Assembly (NCBI GenBank): GCA_037443035.1
Contig: JBBIPC010000010.1
Coordinates: 32,001 to 96,000, forward strand
Direction: 5' to 3'
DNA from: Chthonomonadales bacterium
GTDB lineage: Bacteria; Armatimonadota; Chthonomonadetes; Chthonomonadales; CAJBBX01
Length of the DNA stretch: 64,000 nt
A program made the translations under genes and the position numbers. The notes below the pieces were generated by a model that was given only the letters and a program-made list of their open reading frames with translations, was not told the DNA's origin and did not search any database. This document shows, piece by piece, positions 40,601 through 48,829 of the stretch (positions within the stretch are counted from its first letter, which is position 1; each line of letters begins with the position of its first letter).

Positions 40601-40844
40601 ACGCAACTGGTTCTTTGTCAAGGATAACGGAGCGGGGTGGCCGCAGAGCTTCCAGCAACACTTGTTCACCCCGTTCAAGCGATACTATCGCACCGACGAG
40701 TACCCCGGCGACGGGATCGGGCTGACCATTGTCGAGATGATCATCTTGCGGCATGGGGGATCCATCGAGGCGGAGTCCGACCTTGACAAGGGGGCCACTT
40801 TCTACTTCCACTTCGGCGAGGAGGAGCCGGGCCATGGATTCTGA
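37662..40844 (+). CDS. Cytoplasmic hybrid sensor: REC - 4 PAS - GAF - histidine kinase-like
   Basis: VDDD, ILDY, LTG, VVK receiver; four PAS repeats; GAF (HNDY..HMSVP); NLLSNAWKY, DNGAG, GDGIGL. Confidence 0.9.
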   Translation: MSHHEPQVPVSTAVPGAEGVVAIVVDDDAGVRASVMTLLERHAVTSMAAATCDEGMRLAAEARPELAILDYALGDRTGFEVLAFMSGLSGPPVTIILTGHSSEEVAIEALRAGAFDYVVKDPATMDVRLGAAVRRALRHIADRRRIERRQQDLEMREQQFRSLYEFAPLPTHTLDAEGRILRANLAWRELLGFTDEEVRGQPFKDFVEPSDREKCQQMLCELVQSRGRGSLELTLTARNGARRVVSVVACAVVAGGTVSVHCVLRDLTAERAAIETAAERSRELQQFLDTAQEGIWLCDVEQRTTWVNERMAQMLGYTPAEMVGRRVTEFVVPEEREDQLRRSAIRESGLAESFLRRVIAKDGTIRTFLVSVTASMDVGGKYRGSFAMLTEVTHQEELLRELQAQRARLASVLMAAPDGIGLVKDRVILEANDALCQMVGRTREELVGKSARILYPTDEDFEYVGREKYAQIAREGSGRVETRFLRADGTVRDVLLSSTYADPDDHSKGLTFVAVDITDRKRQETRLREILRQLQATFSAVPDSVLLLDSDQRIIRANQATANRLGTTVKELEGRHCFEVVHELQGPHPQCPFCLLGQSGATMECRLREPRMGGWFDISITPVMADDGTVSHYIHVARDVTPLVRHIQWLEALHELATTSFESDKDLIGFALEQCVRLTESRYGYLHFVESDEVNMELFAWNEAARKDCTAPVTRKYPLREAGVWADAVRTREPQIHNDYQELPEKHGYPEGHPHIVRHMSVPVVEEGKVVLVCGVANRQTEYEAVHAEEMQTFLQDVWNILCRHRAERELRALNAELNLRVEQRTEELRRTNVQFDLYAGAVAHQLGNRIGAMDGYVADLERFEPALDEAGRKDLHFLRYTTDRLREMLDSLTRLARQTRGELDRTPTDLSQMAIRFLQRQRAEDPTRAVEWEVADGLTAHCDGAMARHVLENLLSNAWKYTKDRSPARIEVGQTQRKGRNWFFVKDNGAGWPQSFQQHLFTPFKRYYRTDEYPGDGIGLTIVEMIILRHGGSIEAESDLDKGATFYFHFGEEEPGHGF

Positions 40845-40895
40845 GGGAAGGCGATCCGACTGACGGGAGCAGAGGAAGAGAGTACGGCCACTGTC

Positions 40896-41636
40896 GTGAC
40901 GGAATGGTGGGAGGACCTCTTCATCTCCGGAGCCTACCGGATGCTCGAAGAGATCAGCCCGGAACACACAGCGCGTCAGGTGGACTTCGCACTGGATGTG
41001 CTGGGCGTCCGCGCCGGCGATCGCCTCCTGGACGTCGCCTGCGGTATCGGGCGGCATAGCATTCCCTTCGCCGCGGCAGGACTTGCCGTAATCGGCTTGG
41101 ATATCTCGCCGGCGTACCTGGCGAAGGCCGCCGAGGCGGGTCGCGCCTACGGAGCGGAGTTCGTTCGAGGGGACATGCGGCATCTGCCCGTCAAGGCGGA
41201 TACCTTCGACGCAGCTGTCAGTCTGTTCACTTCCTTTGGCTATACGGCAGACGATTCCGACGACCAGCGCACATTCTGCGAAGTTGGCCGTGTGCTACGA
41301 CCCGGAGGGCGGTTCCTCATTGATACGATGCATCGCGACGCCTTGGTCCGGAGGTTCCAGGAAAGAGACTGGACGGAGATTCGCGAAGGTGTGCTTCTGG
41401 AGCGCCGCCATTGGGACGCGCGCAGGGGGCGAATCGAGGCTGAATGGACATACCTGCGCGGCCAGGGCATCGAGAAGTACCCCGTCTCCATCCGGATCTA
41501 TACGTGCTCAGAACTCGAGGCGATGCTGGCACGCGCTGGGCTGGTTATCCACAAGGTTTGGGGGTCCGTGGACGGCGAACCCCTCACCATGGATAGCTGG
41601 CGCATGCTCATTCTTGCTGGGAAAACGCTCTCGTGA
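40896..41636 (+). CDS. Class I SAM-dependent methyltransferase
   Basis: LLDVACGIGRH, GDMR, LFTSFGY, LRPGGRFLID. Confidence 0.9.
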   Translation: MTEWWEDLFISGAYRMLEEISPEHTARQVDFALDVLGVRAGDRLLDVACGIGRHSIPFAAAGLAVIGLDISPAYLAKAAEAGRAYGAEFVRGDMRHLPVKADTFDAAVSLFTSFGYTADDSDDQRTFCEVGRVLRPGGRFLIDTMHRDALVRRFQERDWTEIREGVLLERRHWDARRGRIEAEWTYLRGQGIEKYPVSIRIYTCSELEAMLARAGLVIHKVWGSVDGEPLTMDSWRMLILAGKTLS

Positions 41637-41638
41637 GA

Positions 41639-42694
41639 CTAGCCACTGCCGCGAGTGCGCTGCTGAGCCGCTCGGACTGTCTCCGCTGCCCTGTTGACAA
41701 CCGCCAGCTCCTCCCCGTCGAGCTGGGAGAATAGGTCCTGTTCTCTCAGGTCGAAAGACCGCCACGGGCGTTCGTCTGCAGCGCCGCGCGTGGATCCATT
41801 GTGCAGGCACCATCCCGCTGCGCCACCTAGCACGGCTCCCTGCAAGTCGGTCAGGAAGTCCTGGGTCAGCGGTTGCCAGTCACCGTAGCCTCGGCGGAAA
41901 GGTTCCTGATAGTGGATCGGTGCCATCCTCCCCACGCGGCGCATGGCGTCCAGGCAGGAGCGAGTCTCCTTCTCCGTCTGGGCGGGCGAGCCAGCATGCC
42001 GCGGTCTGTGCGGGGCTACGAAATCGAGATCTGCTTCGAGGAGTGCCTGCCGGACGTAGTTGTCGTCGAGGTCGTGGCCACCGAAGGATGCCGTGACGAG
42101 AAGCTCCGGAAACATCTTGCGTGCAAGCTGCCGCAGTTGCCGGATTTCGTGGATCGGCACGAAACGGTCATCTGCCACATCCCTTTCGTTGGCAAGATCC
42201 AGGTACCAGTTCCGGTAGGAGCGGAGAGCCCCCACAATGGTCCGGACAGCCTGCTCATGGGAGGCTATGTCACGCAGACCGCCGGACGTGGCGCCCCTTT
42301 TCCTTGTGAGCGTGATATCTACGATCAGACCCCGACGATCGCACTGCCCCACGAGCTTGACAAGACGGTCGAGGTAGGGCTGCCGCGGCTTGCCGTACGC
42401 ATCAACGGCGGAAACATCGGCACCTCGGAAGCTCCACGTGGCCCACACTCGCAGCCAGTTGAAGCCTCGTCCTCGGAGCGCATCGAGGTCCCGACGCAGC
42501 GTGTCGTCGGACGCACCGAGACCGCCATAGTAGCTGATCCCGAGTAGGAATGCGGGGCGGTTCTGCAAGGTGAACTGCGTGCCACGAATGCCCAACACGG
42601 TTCCAGCGGTGCCGATTGGTGCGAGCGGCGTGGCGAAAACGATAGCCGTCGCGAGCGCCATGCCAATCACGGGTGTGCCTTGACGACAAACCAT
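41639..42694 (-). CDS. Secreted glycoside hydrolase-like TIM-barrel protein (GH5/clan A-like)
   Basis: Hydrophobic leader, GFNWLRVW, DLANE (acid/base-like), YQEP (nucleophile-like). Confidence 0.6.
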   Translation of the reverse strand: MVCRQGTPVIGMALATAIVFATPLAPIGTAGTVLGIRGTQFTLQNRPAFLLGISYYGGLGASDDTLRRDLDALRGRGFNWLRVWATWSFRGADVSAVDAYGKPRQPYLDRLVKLVGQCDRRGLIVDITLTRKRGATSGGLRDIASHEQAVRTIVGALRSYRNWYLDLANERDVADDRFVPIHEIRQLRQLARKMFPELLVTASFGGHDLDDNYVRQALLEADLDFVAPHRPRHAGSPAQTEKETRSCLDAMRRVGRMAPIHYQEPFRRGYGDWQPLTQDFLTDLQGAVLGGAAGWCLHNGSTRGAADERPWRSFDLREQDLFSQLDGEELAVVNRAAETVRAAQQRTRGSG

Positions 42695-42794
42695 GGAAGG
42701 GTGCCCCCAATGTACTGGAACTCCACAGTCGTTCGGATCCGGTTCTCTGTTAGGAACAGACGACCCTGAACGGCGACCGGTTTCGGCAGCCGAG

Positions 42795-42826
42795 TCGTGT
42801 TACGAGCAGGCGATTCGTGCTACAAT
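42795..42826 (+). promoter_or_regulatory. Putative promoter (extended -10 TGcTACAAT) overlapped by the direct repeat TCGTGYTAC (GTGTTAC-N13-GTGCTAC)
   Basis: TCGTGTTAC at 42795-42803 and TCGTGCTAC at 42815-42823; TACAAT at 42821-42826, about 50 nt before the operon ATG. Confidence 0.55.
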
Positions 42827-42874
42827 ACGGCGTTCCGGCTGGTTGCTGGAAGAAAACTTGGGGGAGAGCACGAA

Positions 42875-43594
42875 ATGTGTACCAACAAGCAGGCGCTTCG
42901 TAGGGGCTTCACGCTCATCGAGCTTCTGGTGGTCATCGCCATCATCGCCATCCTGGCGGCCATTCTGTACCCGGTCTTTGCCCAGGCGAGGGAGGCTGCA
43001 CGTAAAACCGTATGCATCTCGAATATGCGGCAGATAGGTACCGCTGTGATGATGTATGTGCAGGACTACGATGAGTACTATCCCATCCTGAAGTCGGTTC
43101 CTAATGATCCGGACGGCACTTCGCTTGTTCCCGTCGTGGTCCAAGGGGCCGCCGCTGGTGACTGGGAAGAGCGTCTCGTGAGCATTACGAACGTCCTGCA
43201 GCCGTACACCAAGAACAATGGCATTTTCATCTGCCCATCGGCGGTCGCTGGTTGCCCCGGACGCACGTTTACCATACCAACCTCGCCGGGAAGCCGTGCC
43301 CAATGGAAGCTGACGTACTGGGTGTGGGGGTACAACTTCCCTGGTGTGGCGGGTTTCAGTTACACACCGGGCACGGCAGCTTACAGCAACTTCTGCATCA
43401 TGGACGGGCGTAGCATGGCATCGCTGGGTTCGTCGGGAGGTTCGATCTGGCCGCCCGCGGAACAGGTGATCATGATTGACCAGCGGATCGAGCTCTCGTC
43501 CACCAAAGCGCGGTTCGCCCATCGCGGTGGTGCGGCGCACGTGTTCGCTGACGGGCACGTGAAGTGGCGGAAGCGCGCTGAGGCGGACGAATAG
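42875..43594 (+). CDS. Prepilin-type N-terminal cleavage/methylation protein with DUF1559 and H-X9-DG motif
   Basis: [65 protein letters not shown]. Confidence 0.9.
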   Translation: MCTNKQALRRGFTLIELLVVIAIIAILAAILYPVFAQAREAARKTVCISNMRQIGTAVMMYVQDYDEYYPILKSVPNDPDGTSLVPVVVQGAAAGDWEERLVSITNVLQPYTKNNGIFICPSAVAGCPGRTFTIPTSPGSRAQWKLTYWVWGYNFPGVAGFSYTPGTAAYSNFCIMDGRSMASLGSSGGSIWPPAEQVIMIDQRIELSSTKARFAHRGGAAHVFADGHVKWRKRAEADE

Positions 43595-43627
43595 GCGACA
43601 GGCACAGAACAAAGGGGGCCAGGGGGG

Positions 43628-44047
43628 TTGACAGAGAGCGACTGGCAGGTATTGCGTAGGTTCCATGGCCATCTTGGGCCGTGGCTGATACTGGGTATCA
43701 AGATCGGTCAGGCAGCTCTGGCTGCCGTCAAGGCTCGGAAGCACTTCGGCGTCGAGGTGGTAGCGGCGTGGCCAGATGCTCCACCGCCTTCGTGCGCAGT
43801 GGACGGTCTGCAGTGGGGCACGGGGGCAACTTATGGCAAGCGAAACCTCCGGCTGGAACCCTCGGAGCGGTTCGAGGTGCTCGTGCGGAATACCGATACA
43901 GGGGAGGCCGTCCGTACCGTGCTCCTGCCAACGACCCCAGGACTGCTCCGGCGACTGCTGGAGGCGTACGGCGACGAGGACAGTTCCATGCGTGTATGGG
44001 ACATGGCGGACGAAGAACTGTATCGGATAGAGCGGATGGCGCAGTGA
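43628..44047 (+). CDS. FmdE (formylmethanofuran dehydrogenase subunit E)-family metal-binding protein
   Basis: FHGHLGP, SCAVDGLQ..TGATYGK.NL. Confidence 0.85.
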   Translation: MTESDWQVLRRFHGHLGPWLILGIKIGQAALAAVKARKHFGVEVVAAWPDAPPPSCAVDGLQWGTGATYGKRNLRLEPSERFEVLVRNTDTGEAVRTVLLPTTPGLLRRLLEAYGDEDSSMRVWDMADEELYRIERMAQ

Positions 44048-44048
44048 G

Positions 44049-44600
44049 ATGAACGCTCAGCCCGACCGTGTCCCCTCCGTGCAAGATGATCCCATGCTCG
44101 CCCGAGCACGGGATCTTGCGGCAGGGGCATTGTTCTGCGCTCTCGGGATTACGGTGCCCATACTCTTTCACGTTATGGGCGTGGGGAGGGTCTTCCTCCC
44201 CATGCATCTTCCTCTGCTGCTGGGCGGCCTCTTCCTGAGCCCTGGCATGGCACTGCTGGCGGGTTGCGCGACTCCGTGGGCTTCGATGCTCTTTACGGGC
44301 ATGCCTCCGCTGCCCATGGCCATCATCATGTCGGCCGAACTCGCTGTCCTGTCTGGCTCGGCCTCGCTGGGGAGGCGCGCAGGATTGCCGCTCTGGGCTG
44401 CCGTGTGGACCGCCATCGCGCTGCGTGTCTTGGTCACCTTCGTGCTCACCACTGCTCTGGCACGAGTGCTGAATCTGCCTCCAGCAGGTGTTGGTCTCGC
44501 GTCGGTTGCGGCAGGCCTCCCAGGCATCATCCTGCAAGCAGTTCTCGTGCCAGCGTCGGCCTATCCGTTCTTCATGCGGCGGCCGGCTCAGCGTCCGTAG
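44049..44600 (+). CDS. ECF transporter substrate-binding S component, substrate unknown
   Basis: Hydrophobic 183 aa protein with FLPMHLP, TGMPP, GLPGIILQ; adjacent to T and A components. Confidence 0.8.
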   Translation: MNAQPDRVPSVQDDPMLARARDLAAGALFCALGITVPILFHVMGVGRVFLPMHLPLLLGGLFLSPGMALLAGCATPWASMLFTGMPPLPMAIIMSAELAVLSGSASLGRRAGLPLWAAVWTAIALRVLVTFVLTTALARVLNLPPAGVGLASVAAGLPGIILQAVLVPASAYPFFMRRPAQRP

Positions 44601-44611
44601 CGAATCCGATC

Positions 44612-45265
44612 GTGAGCGATCCCCGCGTAAGGGTCTTGCTGAGCGCTGTCTACATTCTATGTGTTGCAGCCTCGCCGTTTCGACCGTGGGTGCGCATGGC
44701 GGCATACACTCTGGTATTGGCCGTGGCCGCAGCCGTATGGCGCGTACCCGCCCGTACGCTGATCGTTCGGTTGGTACCCATGGCCGGCCTGGTGGCCGCA
44801 GCACTAGCTGGCATGGCTTTCGGCTCCACACCGGAAGTGGCAGTCGGGCTGGCCGTGCGCCTGATACTCATGTCGGCGGCCGGGGTAGTCGTCAGCCTGT
44901 CTTTGCCAGGGACGCTTCTGCTGTCCGGCTTGCGATCTCTCGGCTCGCCAGCCACGCTTGTCACACTGCTGCTGCTGACAAGCCGGTACCTGCATGTCAT
45001 CGGCGATGAGGTGCTGCGGGTTCAGCGGGCGTGGCGTTCGCGGGCATTCGGCCGCATTGGCCTGCGCCACGCACTGAGCCTCGGCCGGGCCGTTGCGGCT
45101 CTGACGCGACGATCCGCCGACCGATCCGAACGGATCGCGTGGGCGATGGTCTCTCGGGGATTCAGCGGCCAGATCCCCTGTCGGTCTCTGCCACCGGTGC
45201 GGGGCTTCGATGGCGCCCTGGGAATCCTGGTGGCGGCGTGCTTGGTGAGCATGGCGCTCTGGTAG
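44612..45265 (+). CDS. ECF transporter transmembrane T component (CbiQ/EcfT-like)
   Basis: DPRVRV start, RYLHVI.DE..RV.RA..SR and AMVSRGF motifs; GTG start inferred. Confidence 0.85.
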   Translation: MSDPRVRVLLSAVYILCVAASPFRPWVRMAAYTLVLAVAAAVWRVPARTLIVRLVPMAGLVAAALAGMAFGSTPEVAVGLAVRLILMSAAGVVVSLSLPGTLLLSGLRSLGSPATLVTLLLLTSRYLHVIGDEVLRVQRAWRSRAFGRIGLRHALSLGRAVAALTRRSADRSERIAWAMVSRGFSGQIPCRSLPPVRGFDGALGILVAACLVSMALW

Positions 45266-45274
45266 CTCCACCCA

Positions 45275-46012
45275 ATGCAGCCCGTGCCGCTTCTCATTCG
45301 TGACTTGAGTTTCCGCTACCCCAGTGGGCAGCTCGCATTGAATGGTGTCAGTGTTACCATCGCGGCTGGGGAGAGCGTCGCTGTGATCGGACCCAATGGG
45401 GCGGGAAAGTCCACCCTGTTGCTGCATCTGAACGGACTTCTCCGGGGTTCCGGTCGCATTCAGGTTGGCGACACGGAACTGCGCCGAGAGACACTCGGGG
45501 CCGTCAGGCGGCAGGTGGGTCTCGTTTTTCAGGATCCTGACGACCAACTCTTCCTGCCCACGTGTCTGGACGACGTGGCCTTTGGTCCGCTCAACGAAGG
45601 CGCCACCTGGGAAGCAGCCGTGCAGCGATCCATGCAGGCTCTCGCTGCTGTGGGCATGACCGAGCATGCGAATACGCCTCCTCACCAGCTCAGCATTGGT
45701 CAGCGCAAGCGCGTAGCTCTGGCGACAGTGCTCTCCATGATGCCGTCCCTGATCGCCTTCGACGAGCCATCGGCAGGTCTGGATCCGTGGGCCCGTCGCC
45801 AGCTCATTGGGATCATCCGCCATCTACCACAGACCCGTGTGGTTGCTACGCACGACCTAGCCCTGGCACTGGAAACCTGTCGGCGCACCATTCTCATGGA
45901 TGCTGGAACCATAGTGGCAGATGGTCCGACGGCCGAGATTCTGACGGACACCGACCTTCTGTTGTCTCACCGTATGGAGCCGCCTGGATACCGTCCGCCG
46001 GCGGCATCCTGA
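45275..46012 (+). CDS. ECF transporter ATPase (CbiO/EcfA-like)
   Basis: GPNGAGKST, VFQDPDDQLF, LSIGQRKR, FDEPSAGLDP, ATHD. Confidence 0.92.
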   Translation: MQPVPLLIRDLSFRYPSGQLALNGVSVTIAAGESVAVIGPNGAGKSTLLLHLNGLLRGSGRIQVGDTELRRETLGAVRRQVGLVFQDPDDQLFLPTCLDDVAFGPLNEGATWEAAVQRSMQALAAVGMTEHANTPPHQLSIGQRKRVALATVLSMMPSLIAFDEPSAGLDPWARRQLIGIIRHLPQTRVVATHDLALALETCRRTILMDAGTIVADGPTAEILTDTDLLLSHRMEPPGYRPPAAS

Positions 46013-46025
46013 GAGAGGTATCCCC

Positions 46026-48611
46026 CTAGGGAATCTCCTGCTGGGACGCCGACATACGTACTTCGACGCGACAAGGAAGGCGCAGCGACCTACGAACGAT
46101 CTGGCCGCCATAGAGGACTGACACTCCGCGGAGCGCAGGAGCAACGCGGACACTTCCCGTCCCGGTTATGTCCACCACGAAGCGACCTGGACCCGTCCGC
46201 AAGGAACGGACCTGCACCTTGCCTTCTGCCGGTGCGATGGAAATAGGCAACCGATAGACGTCGAGGACATCGCCGGGTTGTAGCTTCGCCTGTCCCATGG
46301 GGACGACGCCGGTCTTGGTGAACGCCGTGGAGACAGGCTCGGCTGTGTGCTTGCCACCTCGCGACAGGACCGTCGCCAACGGGAACCCGGTAGCGGGCCA
46401 GGGATACGTCAGTGGCGTCTTGACGTCCGCCGGATGGTACAGGCGGATTCTCCAGAGCGGTAGGGGATCCCGGCCTAGTATCGTGGGCGTCTGCGGCCGT
46501 TGGACGGCCTCCGTACCCTTGACAACCTGCATCTGGAAGTGTTCGGCCGTCCGAGGCGCTGGCATGCCAAGGGCGGCCATGAGCGGACGGTACGCAACGA
46601 GGTTGCTCGAGAGTGTGTTGACCCAGAACAGGTTGCCCCTCTGCAGCACGACAGGGATTCTCTCTGGCTTGCCGAACGAAGGGGGTGCCCCTCGCGGAGG
46701 CCAAGCAGCCCACGCTAGCGCCTGAACTCCGCGCTGCAGATGGAACGACCGGCTGGACGAGTCGAGAGGCATGTCGGACGCGAAACGGGCCTTGAGCGTT
46801 AGCCGCAACGCACCCGTAGAGGAGTCGGTGCCAACGGCCGAGACGGGGAAGCCTGGCACGCCGGTGTTACTGAACGAGGCGCGCGGTTTCCACTCGACGG
46901 AGGCTATGGGAACCCGATAACCGACGTTGCCGTCTGCGTCTGCGAAGTAGGCGTCCGAAAACTCCGCCCAGAAGTCCCCTGGGATGTTCGTAGCGTTGAC
47001 GATCACCACCAGGCCCGTGAACCGGACGACAGGCTTACCCGCGTAGGCGTCCATGACTGCCTTCATGTTCTCCCGACGCTCGACCCACTGCCCTCCGCTG
47101 GCCTTCCAGTCGAGTGGGCTGTTGTTGTCATGGTTCTCGTAGGAGGTTCCTTGGGCGTCCACTCCCAAGAGCCGTACGTGATAGAAGGTGTTGGGTGCAT
47201 TTCGCACGGAGATGTGGAGATACGGGTAACGATTGGCATCCACATCCACTGGACATTCAGCGCCCACCCACTGATTCGCTGGTGGAGGCGGTGTTTTCAC
47301 GAGTGGCAGCGTGCACGCGCCGCTAGCGAACTGGCGAATCAGGGGACCCGTCGCCGATGCGTTCGGTGTGTAGAAAACGACCCGTGCCCTGCCGCTCTCA
47401 GCGAGTCGTACGAGACGCGCCTCGTCCGCTTCCGTGCGTCGGCTTGTCAGAGCCAGCACGATGGGCCTCTGCGCCGGAAGTCTCCGTGGGATCGCCCCAA
47501 CGGCTGCTTGTGCCTGCGGGAAGAGATACCGGAACGCCCCGGTCAGTGCGTGTATCTTTTCCGTGCTTCCCGGTCTTCGTATCTCTTCGGCATAGAGATC
47601 GTCCAGCAGGAGAACTGCAGGAGGTAGGGGCGACTTGGCTGGTTGCCGTAACCTGCGCACGATGGCGGACATGGCATCCAGGCGCCAGCGACCCCATGTA
47701 CGATCGGGAAAAATGTGCTCACCCTCATAGAATTCGTTCCAACCGTAATTGAAGACGAAGCGTGGCGAAGTCCATCGAGCGAGCTGGAGGTTCTCCTCGA
47801 GGAACCTGGTGTCATACGTGAACGTTCTGGCTGCGCGTCCTCCCACTACAGCGCCAGCGTCGTCGTAGTGGACGACGAAGGTGACGGACTGGGCATTGAC
47901 CTGCCTCTGGCCACCCCACCAACCGAACGAATAGGAGCATATCTCCGGGAAATGCTGGAACGCATAGGTTTGGCAGAGGGCGCCGCAATCGGTCCAGTAG
48001 ATGCGCACAGGCCTCGCCAGGGCATGGCGCAGACCGTCGAGCAGTCCTCGGTAGAACCGATCCCAGACTGCCACGCCTCTGTAGCTCTGATCGAACTGAT
48101 AGCCGTAGAAGATGAGAGGGATCCGACCGTCGTTCTCGACGAGCCAGAGGTGCTTGGGAACGCGATCGTAGAAGGAACGGACGTCGCGTATCAGCTCATC
48201 GCGAAACGCATCCGTCGGCTTGATGAACGCGGGGCGACCATTGAACCGGATCTCCTGGTCGTAGAACATAGCAACCCTAGTTCCCGTCTCTCGCAGTGCA
48301 GCAACGCACTCGTTGGACGGTTGCTGGCCGAACCACTCGTAGTGGATGCCGTCGAAGCCGGCTTGGCGTATCATCCGGAACTGGACCGCGTAGTAGCGCT
48401 GGGTTACCCCCACCTCGTTCGGTGACAGACCGACACCCTCCCAGTCAGGCCGGAAGGTGAAAACCCGTTGCATGACGTCGTACGATTGCTGGGGCGTGAC
48501 CCTGTACCAGTCGAAGAAGTGGGTGGTGAACAACTGCGGTTCAGCACGGGGCCCCACAGTCAGCGTCACAAGAAGCATGGTCGAGAACATGAGTGAGCAC
48601 GTGCGCCTCAT
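46026..48611 (-). CDS. Secreted glycoside hydrolase-like protein (GH99/GH71-like N-terminal barrel) with accessory domains
   Basis: Signal peptide, HFFDWY, RQAGFDG, YGWNEFYEG. Confidence 0.5.
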   Translation of the reverse strand: MRRTCSLMFSTMLLVTLTVGPRAEPQLFTTHFFDWYRVTPQQSYDVMQRVFTFRPDWEGVGLSPNEVGVTQRYYAVQFRMIRQAGFDGIHYEWFGQQPSNECVAALRETGTRVAMFYDQEIRFNGRPAFIKPTDAFRDELIRDVRSFYDRVPKHLWLVENDGRIPLIFYGYQFDQSYRGVAVWDRFYRGLLDGLRHALARPVRIYWTDCGALCQTYAFQHFPEICSYSFGWWGGQRQVNAQSVTFVVHYDDAGAVVGGRAARTFTYDTRFLEENLQLARWTSPRFVFNYGWNEFYEGEHIFPDRTWGRWRLDAMSAIVRRLRQPAKSPLPPAVLLLDDLYAEEIRRPGSTEKIHALTGAFRYLFPQAQAAVGAIPRRLPAQRPIVLALTSRRTEADEARLVRLAESGRARVVFYTPNASATGPLIRQFASGACTLPLVKTPPPPANQWVGAECPVDVDANRYPYLHISVRNAPNTFYHVRLLGVDAQGTSYENHDNNSPLDWKASGGQWVERRENMKAVMDAYAGKPVVRFTGLVVIVNATNIPGDFWAEFSDAYFADADGNVGYRVPIASVEWKPRASFSNTGVPGFPVSAVGTDSSTGALRLTLKARFASDMPLDSSSRSFHLQRGVQALAWAAWPPRGAPPSFGKPERIPVVLQRGNLFWVNTLSSNLVAYRPLMAALGMPAPRTAEHFQMQVVKGTEAVQRPQTPTILGRDPLPLWRIRLYHPADVKTPLTYPWPATGFPLATVLSRGGKHTAEPVSTAFTKTGVVPMGQAKLQPGDVLDVYRLPISIAPAEGKVQVRSLRTGPGRFVVDITGTGSVRVAPALRGVSVLYGGQIVRRSLRLPCRVEVRMSASQQEIP

Positions 48612-48829
48612 CGCCTACCTCCCAGTTCAAGACGTTCGATGTACGCGGCATTGCGAACCCGCGTCGGTCAGTCCCCATCTGCTGTAGGGACGAGCATCAC
48701 CTTGTACCAGCATCCATGTTCTGGTGGATGAGCCATGGAATCCTGCAGGAGTTTAGTATTACTGGGGGGAAACCATGATCGAAGATCTCGCCAGGAGCAT
48801 GACAGCGCCAAGACTGTCAGAAAGGAAGC

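Noticed and set aside
42695..42874. Cobalamin or NiCo riboswitch upstream of the ECF operon (GAGCAGGCGAT recalls the NiCo 5' end; imperfect stems at about 42728-42775)
   Set aside because: The rest of the NiCo consensus and the B12-box elements are not recognisable, and the segment lies upstream of the likely -10. An Rfam scan would settle it.
43628..44047. FmdE as evidence of formylmethanofuran dehydrogenase or C1 metabolism
   Set aside because: No other fmd/fwd subunits nearby; stand-alone FmdE-like proteins are common beside transporters.
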